A DNA stretch of 63,864 nt, the filler included, from Octopus bimaculoides (Eukaryota): NCBI RefSeq assembly GCF_001194135.2. It is 5 parts of 5 records of this genome, joined end to end, with 100 filler letters (N's around TTAATTAATTAA, not from the genome) between each part and the next. Parts side by side here need not be neighbours in the genome. Positions count along the whole stretch, not along the records: positions 23,278 to 52,716 come from NC_069003.1; 4 more parts are not named here. The stretch is one strand, 5' to 3'. Below are positions 37,501 to 48,170 of the stretch, piece after piece. Positions within the stretch are counted from its first letter, which is position 1. Every line of letters begins with the position of its first letter. The notes under the pieces were generated by a model. That model saw only the letters and a list, made by a program, of their open reading frames with translations. It did no database searches and had not been told where the DNA came from. A program made the position numbers and the translations under genes.

Positions 37501-40459
37501 TTTTCAGGTTGATTTTTGTTTTAAGATTCTAGTGGTGCGTGTGTGTAAGTGTGGTGTGGAGGAGATGAAAATGTAGAACCACAAGAAGATAGTCTGTTAG
37601 TGTCCATTTCTGTATCTTTCTATATATGGGTATACAAACACACCATCACCGGTTGTCAAGAGGTGGTGGAAGGGAAAAAAAACAGAAACAAAGACATGCA
37701 CACGCACATATTATGATGGGCTTCTTTTAATTTCTGTCTACTAAATCCACTCATAAGACTTTGGTTGGCCCAAGGCTATAGTAGAAAACACTTGCCCAAG
37801 GTGTCATGCAGTGGGAATGAACCCCAAACCTTGTGATTGAGAAGTAAGCTTCCTAGCACACAACCACACCTAAATATATTTGAACAAAGGCTTCTGTGAT
37901 GTTTGCTCTGTGCTGAGTTGCAGGGACTCCATTTGAAACCCTCACCACCGTAAATAAATCCAGTATATCCACAACCAATGTCACTTCCACTGTTGTGGCA
38001 CTGTTTTGTTGATTGCGAAGACAGTAAAGAAATAAGGTCACAAGTGTCATAAAGGGGTGTATGTATGAAGGGCAGGGGTATAGGGTATAAATCGAGCAAT
38101 ATACCTTTTGCTCAACGAGGTTACATTTGCCAAGGCAGATTATGATGTAAACACCCATAATACTGTAGCCAATAAACACCAGCAGGGCATCTTCTTCGAA
38201 TCCAGTACCATATTGGGTGAAATCACTGAAAGAGAAAATGGAATAACAAACTGAATTATGCAATGTGCACTAAACACTAATACAAAAATAAGCAGTGCAG
38301 AATGGTAGTATAAAAGTTATCTGATATTCTTTAGAGCAAACATGACAGGGAGAAACTGGAGAAGCCTACCATCCACACACACAGGTATGTATATATATAT
38401 ATATCATCATCATCATCATCGTTTAACGTCCGCTTTCCATGCTAGCATGGGTTGGACGATTTGACTGAGGACTGGTGAAACCAGATGGCTACACCAGGCT
38501 CCAATCTGATTTGGCAGAGTTTCTACAGCTGGATGCCCTTCCTAACATATATATAGTCAATTCAATGAGCAAAAAATTCCAAAAATGAATAAAAAACAAA
38601 GTGAGAAAAAAAACTATAAGAGGGAAAAACACTTTTTGTTTTTAAACAGACAATCCTTTTTGCAGTGTAGGCCTCTGTCCATGCACGAAGATAAGTGATT
38701 TGAACATATCCTGAGTGAGATCCTGGAGTTTGTAATTTTTGCACATACAGTTGACTACTTCGGTGTAGGTGATAAAATCCTCCTCCTCATTTTTTCTTTT
38801 AAGTTCCAACACTCCATTCTGGTGTTGAATAATGAACTTCTATCACAAAAAATTTTTGAAAGCAGTTCCATGGTTTCTTGGAAATCAGTCTCACTTGTAA
38901 CTAAAGTTACAGTAACGATACCTTGCGTAGTAAAAGCCTTATTTTCTGCTCCTCCGACCATGACTTGCACTTGTTCTTAAAAATTCCCCCATATACCTTC
39001 CTCCGGATTAAACCTAGTAATACATGTTCAATAAGATTCTTCAGAAATGTATATAAAACAATATGCTGAGCTAACTTAAAGAACACTGAATATATTCATT
39101 CCAAATTGGGTGTGTTTACATGATCACATTTACATAATGTGAATAAATTAGTGCTGAGAATTTAAATGGCGCAGGTAATTTTTTTTAGTTCTGGTGCAAT
39201 AATTAATTATTGGTTGTAAAGTCTGATACCAGCAACAAAATTTTGTAGCCATTTGCCTCATTAAATAGATGTTAAGGTTTTATGACCCTGTAAGAGGCAT
39301 TTCATTGAACAATTAGGTAGACAAATGTCTGGACATTAGACTTAGATTTTATCGATTTAGAGGTATCAGTCATCACAGTAGCAATCAATCATACACACAC
39401 ACATGTGTATGTGTGAATGGCTGACAAGGAGAATATTTTTCTTGGAAAGAGACAAGGGTTAGCATCAAGAAAATTCTACCCAACTGTAGCCTCATCTGAT
39501 CCATGCAAGGAAATGTAGACATTAAGATGATGATAATACACACACACACAATGCAATGGATTGAGAGACTCCTTAAGGTGCCTGACAAAAATGGCCTATT
39601 GTATCTCCAGTTCTTTACATTCTGAGACCTGGTTTTTTATGACCTAAGTTCATATCCTACAAAAGCTAAACTTTGCCAATCATCCTTGAGGGCCAATAAA
39701 ATATAATATCAGCCCAGCATGATGGATTGGTGGTGTAAAGTTTTATGTTTACCAGTGAAAGAATCTTGCTGAAAAGCAGAGTTGACTTCAATACCGTTTG
39801 AACACAGAATACAAGGGGTTATAACTAAATATCTCAAGCCATCGCTACCCAATATCCTATTAACTCTCACTTTCTCCATACACACTTGCAGCCTCTACCC
39901 ACTCACCTTCCCTGTCTTTCTGTCCTCAAAGCACCACCCTATTTGCTTCCACCCACTGTTGTATAATACAAGGTAACCGTGTATCTCCACTTGGGCAAGA
40001 ACCCTGCTCCTGTCCCCTTCTTTCATAGTTTAACCTTTTGTCACCTGGCACAAAGACACCTCTCTGTCTGCTGTAGGTTCACTCAATAGAAGAAGCCTGT
40101 CACAAATACATACATATATATACAACAAGATTAAAACCCCACCACTCCAATCTATTAGGATCGTTATCTTGCATGCTATATGGTCATCTCACTAGTGCTG
40201 GAGTCACAAAGGAAACATCCAGCTGTAAAAACATATCAGAGCAGACATTGGAGCATGGCATACTCCTCCAACCTGTCAGATCATGGTAAACTGTTCAAAC
40301 TAAGTTAGCAAAGAAGACAAGATATTAAAAGACGATGATATTAATGATGATTTCTATGATTTACTTACTAAAAGCAATAAGCATACAGTTCTTTGAAGTT
40401 TGTTGGATTGGTCCTGAAAAGTTTTGAAAATTCCTGTTCCCACTTCCAAGCCTAAAAGG

Positions 40460-40531
<72 letters not shown>

Positions 40532-42902
40532 AATGATGATAAATAATAATAATAATAATAATGATGACAACATCAATAATAAATCTCACTCAGATAGCAA
40601 ATGTAGAATCTGCAGGAAAGAAAATGAGTGAGTGCAGTAAGCTAGCATAAAAAGAGTATAGGTTTAGACGTGGCTGTGTGGATAAAAGAGTGCACTGGGA
40701 TGTTAGCCAAGTGTGCGGCTTTGAAATAAAAGGAAAATAGTATGAGCTCAAACCAGAGATTGTGACAGAGAATGAGAATTACAAGATCTTGTGGGACTTA
40801 CCCATAAAGACTAACCATACTACTGAACCATACTATCCACAAAGACTAACCATACTAACCACACAGATATAATTATAGAGAACAAAATAAACAATACAAA
40901 ATCATAAACTTTGCAATTCATTATGATGAGTTGATAACAAAAAAAATTTTTTAAGAATAGAAATATCAAGATCTAGCTGAAGAAACTGTGGAAAACTAAG
41001 AACAATTATTCCTGTGGTAATTGGTGTGCTTGGTACACCACCCAAAATGCTACCTAAAAGAACAAAAGATGTTAAAATTGAAAACCACATTGTCAACCTG
41101 CAGTAAAGTACCATCCTACATTCTGTGAGAATCCTAAGAAAGATTCTTGAGATGTGAGGAAATTTATTTCACCAAACATCAAGAGAATATTCCTGCTAAT
41201 TAAATTAGCATGTAACAGCTTCATAAAATAATTCTTTCTAGTATAGGTACAAGGCCTGAAATTTTAGGGGAGAGGCGAGTCAATTACATCAACTCCAGTG
41301 TCAACTGGTACTTATTTCATTGATGTCAGTGCTTGGCTGGTATCCAGCCTGACAGGACGAAAGGCAAAGTCATCCTTGGCAGAATTTGAACTCAGAATGT
41401 AAAACCAGAAGAAATGCTGCTGAACATCTAATTCTGCACACTAATGATTCAGCCAGTTTATCACTTTTATGACAATAATAATAATCCTTTCTGCTATAAG
41501 CACAGGGTTTTCTAAGAAATAAAATGCTTATATCAAGTACAATACTTGAGCAGATTTTCAAGAAACTCTATGGGCATTGCGTTATCAGTGAGCAGAAAAC
41601 ACGACTGATGATATGTCGAGATCCAATGTAAGACATCACCTTCAAAAACGTAATAATAAATCTAATTGATTCTAGGGTGAGGGGTTAGGCAGGCAATTAC
41701 ATTGACCCCAGTGCTCAACTTGTACTTATTTTATTGACCCTGGAAGAATAAAATGCAAAATTGACCTCGGTAGAATTTGAGCTCAGAACACGAAGACAAA
41801 TGAAATGCCACTAAGCATTTTGTCTGGTGTACTCATGATTCTTCTAGCTTCCCACTTTTTCTTTTATTCTTTTACTTGTTTCAGTCATTTGACTGCGGCC
41901 ATGCTGGAGCACCGCCTTTAGCCGAGCAAATCGACCCCAGGACTTATTCTTTGGAAGCCTAGTACTTATTCTATCGGTCTCTTTTGCCGAACCGCAAAAG
42001 AGTTATGGGGACGTAAACACACAACCATCGGTTATCAAGCGATGTTGGGGGGACAAACACAGACACACAAACATACACACACACACACACATATATACGA
42101 CGGGCTTCTTTCAGTTTCTGTCTACCAAATCCACTCACAAGGCTTTGGTCGGCCTGAGGCTATAGTAGAAGACACTTGCCCAAGGTACCACACGGTGGGA
42201 ATGAACTCGGAACCATGTGGTTGGTAAGCAAGCTACTTACCACACAGCCACTCCTGTGCCACTTCAATAATAATAATAATACTGATGAGGATGATGATGA
42301 TAATAATAATAATAAATAATGATAACAACAATAATAACTGTTTCTGGTATTTTACTTTATCGAGTGCAGAGGGATACAAGGCAAACTTGACCTTGGCAAG
42401 AATTGAACTTATACAATGATAATTAGTAGAATAATTTTTGTGGAATCTGGCCATCTGTAACACAACTTCCAGTTTCATTCGCAACTCTGGACAGCTGCAT
42501 TGGAGACTACAAAGCTGTGCCCAGCAGGAAGTGACACAGCAGGAAGTGACACAGTAGGAAGTGACACAGCAGGAAGTGACACAGCAGGTGTTTTGATTGC
42601 ATCTGCACACTGCAATTCATCCCCACATCTTTGAACAGAGCCTTAAGCTCAATTCATGTATTATATGTGATCCGTGTTCAGCTCATCAGACAGATTTAAA
42701 ATAACCGATATGTGTGTGTGTGTGTGTGCATATCTGCATAAGCATGTGAATAACTCTACTTACAAAATCAGAATACGGGAACTTCCATTTCATCTTTGTA
42801 ACTTGGGCACCTGTTATATAACCTGAATCATTTCTTTTAATGTTTGTAAGAAATTGATCTAAATCACTGCAAAGAATACAACACAGTAGTTAAGATAGAT
42901 GA

Positions 42903-42933
<31 letters not shown>

Positions 42934-45900
42934 AATAAAAAGAACACAAAAAAAGAAACAACATGGAAGGAGAGACAGAGACAGGGAGAGAGAGAGAGAC
43001 AGAGACAGGGAGAGAGAGAGAGATAGAGGCAGGGAGAGAGAGAGAGAGACAGAGACAGGGAGAGAGAGAGAGACAGAGACAGGGAGAGAGAGAAAGACAG
43101 AGACAGGGAGAGAGAGAGAGAGAGAGAGACAGAGACAAGGAGAGAGAGACAGACAGAGACAGGGAGAGAGAGAAAGAGAGATAGTGTACAGTCAGTTCGC
43201 AAGAGATACAAACACCAAGACAGATACAGAAGACCAGTAGCTATGGATGAGGAGGAGTGATCTGAAGATAGAGACAGAAGAACTTATATACACAGCACAA
43301 GAACAAGCATTAAGGACTAACTGTGTGAAGTGCAGAATCAACAACACTACTGGCAGTGACAAATACAGAATATGTGGTAAGAGGGGTAAAATGGTATGAC
43401 ACATCATTAGTGAATGCCCAAAATTGGCACACCATGAATACAAAAGACGGCATGATAATGTGGCAAGAATGGTCCATTGGGAGTTCTGTAGAAACCACAG
43501 TCTAAAAAGAGCAAAGATGTGGTATGAGAAAACTCCAGAAGGAGTCACTGAGAATGAAAGTTGCAAAACCCTGTGGGATGTAATGATTCAGTGTGATTAC
43601 CTGATCAGACATTGGAAACTGGACATTGTTGTAGTAAAAAAAAAACAAAAGAAAGAACATACATGATAATCAACTTAGCATGTCCTGGTGACAACAGGAT
43701 CAGAGAAAGAAGAAAAACTGAAGAACGACAACGATCTGAAGTGGGAAATAGGAAGGAGAGTAGATGTGGTACCAATAGTAATTGGTACACTTGGAAGTAT
43801 CAGCACTCAACGACCAACATGGCTGAAAAAGATTGGTACAAATATAAAAGTAGAAGACCTACAAAAATCAGCATTGCTTGGAACTGCAAAAATTCTTCGC
43901 AGGGTTCTTGAAGCATGATCAGTAAACAAGAGTCACCTTAGTCTGCTGGCTGTGGACAGCTGACACTTTCCATCATACACAGCAAAATAAGCTGAGAGTT
44001 TTCATCAAATAACAAAAATAACAATACTCATCATCATCATCACCGTTTAACATCCGCTTTCCATGCTAGCATGGGTTGGATGATTTGACTGAGGACTGGT
44101 GAAACCCGATGGCTACACCAGGCTCCAATCTGATTTGGCAGAGTTTCTACAGCTGGATGCCCTTCCTAACGCCCACCACTCCAAGAGTGTAGTGGGTGCT
44201 TTTATGTGTCACCGGCACGAAGGCCAGTCAGGCGACACTGGCAATGGCCATGCTCAAAATGGTGTATTTTATGTGCCACCAGCACAAGAGCCAGTCCAGG
44301 GGCACTGGCAATGATCTCGCTCGAAAGTCCTTACACATGCAGCGGGCACAAGTGCCAGAAAGGCGATGCTGGGCACAGGTAATAATAATAATCCTTTTTA
44401 CTATAAGCACAAGGCCTGAAATTTTGGGTGAGAGGACTAGTTGATTACACCAGTCCCAGAGTTTCACTGGTACTTAATTTATCAACCCCGAAGGGATGAA
44501 AGGTAAAGCCAACCTCGGTAAATGCAGGGTCTTGCTGATAAACTGAGATCAATGTTAAGCAGTTGACTTAGTGGGTTAAACATTTCATTTTCTGACAAAA
44601 CCTTGCTTGAAAATCTAATCCCCCCTCTTTTATTTTTCAGGTAAATAGCAAACTGATTTGACAACAGAAAGTCATGGAACAGAATCATTCTGCCATTGTT
44701 GTTTTGGCATGCACTGGGTACACTGCCAATAACATTTTTAAGTTGACAAAACTTCCAAAAGCAACAGTTGGTCATATGTATAAACAGTTTAAAGAGGGAA
44801 AGATTGATAGAAAAGAACACAAGACTCAAAGAGATTCCAAGTGAAATCCAAAGTTACTCGACTGAAGCCAACCTATCCACATCCATGACAACTCATGCAA
44901 AGAAATGCAATGCTCCCTTTTCATGGTGTCCAGAGCTGTGAACAGGAACCTTGGCATGACTAGCTATGTTTGATGATGTGTCATCTCCTAACAGCCATGA
45001 CCAAAGCAATCAGAGCTGAGAGATGCCCAAAACTTCTGTCATTCATCAAGCATCAAGGTGCAAGAAAAACTCATGTTTGTGGATGAGAAGAAGTTCACTG
45101 TGGACACTGAGGTGAATCACAGAAATTCTTGAGTGATTGTATACAACCCTTCTGATGTCCCCCCTGTGTTTGAGACTAAGAATCTTGCCTCTGTGATAGC
45201 ATTTGGTGTCACGGTAAGTGATGGAAGTGTCATGGATCCACACTTCATTGAGTCTGGTTTGAAGATCAGCACAAAAGAGTATCTGGACATCCTGAAGAAC
45301 TCTCTGTTACCTTGGATGGAGCAGAAGTTTGTGCTTGACAATGTGGTGCTTGTCCAGGATTCTGCACCATACCATGGGTCAAAAGCAACTCAGGCCTTCC
45401 TTGATGAGAAGGTGCCATTTTGTGTGAAGGCCAACATCTGACCCAGTAATAGCCCAGATTTTAACCTTTTCAATTACTTTCAAGTGAAGGTGAATTATTT
45501 TTTTTTTATTTTAAGCTTTTGTAACTTCTGAAACTTTTAAACTTCAACTTCAAAATTTTATAAACTTTAAATCTTTAAAACCTGAAACCTTAAAACTCTG
45601 AAGCCTTTGAATTTTCTTGAGATTCTTTGAGAAATTTTCAGATTTTAGGAACTGTTCTAGAAACATTTTCTTCAAAGGTTTTTTGAAGTTTGTGAAATTT
45701 ATTAAGTGTTTAAAAACTTTTTCTTTAAGCGCTTATTTCTTTAAGTAATTGTTTCTTTAAGTGTCTTTTTTTTTTTGCTGAAATTTCTTAAAAAGGAAGG
45801 CAAAAAAAATTTTTTTTCAATTTTCACCTTTACTTGTCTTGCTCTTAACTTTGCTTAATTTATTCAGTTACAGTATTTCATCCACCTCCTTTACCTTCTT

Positions 45901-47563
45901 AATTTCTCCTACTAATGGCATTACCCTGTTGTTTTTCTAAACTATACCATAACCATGTTGCCAGAGATACACCAGCACAGACTGGAGGGTACCCATCTAG
46001 TTGGATGTATCCAGACTTAAAAACCAGACTGAAAAAAAATAAGGGGGTTGATTTGTCTGACAAAACCAGTGGTTCCCAACCAGGGTCCATATAAGATTTT
46101 GTTAAAATTTATATGCAATAAATTGCTGATAGTTCCACAGGCACATATGTGACTGTGTGGTAAGAAGTGTGTTTCTCAACCACATGGTTCTGGGTTCAGT
46201 CTCACTGTGTGGCACCTTGTGAGTGGATTTGGTAGACAGAAACTGAAAGAAGCCAATCATATATATATATAGGGTGGGGAAGCAAAACTCAGAATATTTT
46301 GGAAGCCTTATTTTTCATATATTCCTAAGCGTAAATACTAAAACATTGTTTTCTATTTCAGGGTAGAGGTATATAGAGTTAATTTAAGCAGAAATTCCAG
46401 TCATATAATCTAACATGTCCACTTAGGAAGCCAAGAGACAATGCATTGCAGATTTGCTTCATGCTGAGGTTGCAGTTAGATGTATTGCTCAGACTGTTGG
46501 GGCCTCTGTGAGCACTGACTACAACATTAAGAACCGAATGCTGGATACTGGAGGCATCAAGAGAAAGCAAGGAAGTGGAGACATAAATAAAAAAACGGGA
46601 TAATGCATTTTTTAAATCTCTCAAAGGCAAAATTTTGAAAGACCCAACAACATCCTTGACAAAACTGTCCATGGACATGAAGGTTGATTCAAAGACCATC
46701 AGAAATGCTGTACACACTGATTTACTTTTGGGATCATACATGAGGACCCCAAGACACTTATTAACTCATGCAATGAAAGCCAAAAGGCATTAAAGGGTCA
46801 AAAAAGTGTTGCGATACTTGAAGCACAATGGACAAACCATCAAAATCTTTTCAGATGAAAATATCTTCACCATTGATTCTGTTTTAAAACACCGCAATAA
46901 TCAATACATTGCTAAGATGCCTTCTGAAGTAAAGGGCGTCTTTAGGACCAAGACCCCAGCTCAAGTCACGATACAGGGAGTCATGGTGTCTGACGGAAAA
47001 AAGATGCCTCTCCATTTTGTCAAGTCTGGGTAAAAGATGGGAGCGGACGTTTATTATAAAGTCCTGCGGTATAAGGTTTTTGCCTTGGCTGAAGTCTAAC
47101 TAACCCAACGGTAAGTATGTGTGGATCCAAGATGGTTCTCCTGCTCATACAGCAAAATGTAGAAATTCTGTGAAGACAACTTCACTGACTTTTGACCTGC
47201 CAGCTTCTAGATTTTTTCCATCCCAGACTTGAACTCCCTGGACTATGCCGTACGGTGAAAATTGGAGCACTCTACCAACAGAACTTGGCATCCAAGTTTT
47301 GATCATTTCAAGCAAATCCTGAGGGAAGAGTGAGACAATATGTCTGAGTACTTCATCATGAAGAATTGTGATGCCTTCACGTGGCATGTGAACGCTGTGG
47401 TGGACAATGAAGGTAGATATATTGAATAAGTTGTCTCTTTATACGCCTATATACTTGTGTTAAAATTATATTTATGTTAAGTTGCTGTTTGTTGTGATAT
47501 AAACAATTTGGTGAATTACCTATTATTTTCCAAGTTTTGCTTCCCCACCCAGTATGTGTGTAT

Positions 47564-47608
<45 letters not shown>

Positions 47609-48117
47609 CGCATGTGCATGTATTTGTGTGTCTGTGTGTGTCTGTGTTTGTCTCTCTGCCATCACTAGCCAACTGATGCTGGTGTGTTTATGTCCCTGTA
47701 ACTTAGCGGCTTGGCAAAAGAGACGAATACAATAAGTACTAGGCTTACAAAGAATAAGTCCTGGAGTCGATTTCTTTGACTAAAACCCTTTAAGGTGGTG
47801 CTGCAGCATGGCCACAGTCAAATGACTGAAACAAGTAAAAGAATAAAGGAATACACAAAATATTTCAATTCTTTTATACAATAACTAGTAATATCTAATT
47901 ATAAAAATATGTGAGTTAAGTTAGAGGTTATAATAACCGTCTAAGAGATACTTGTATCCAATGAATCCACTGGTGTGTTACCTATATTTAATCATAAGCA
48001 TTGGTATTAATGCTCATAAATGATAGGTAATGCCAAAAATAAACCAAAGTTTATTAATATTCAAGGAAAGCAGAAAATGGAGATACACTTGATGAATAAC
48101 AATTGAGGATTTCATAC

Positions 48118-48170
<53 letters not shown>

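Noticed and set aside
44482-44829. 115-aa minus-strand ORF
   Set aside because: It is antisense to a maT transposase remnant and a SINE, with no family motifs.
45490-45830. T/A-rich stretch with quasi-periodic AAACTTT units
   Set aside because: It is low-complexity sequence with no definable unit, termini or ORF.
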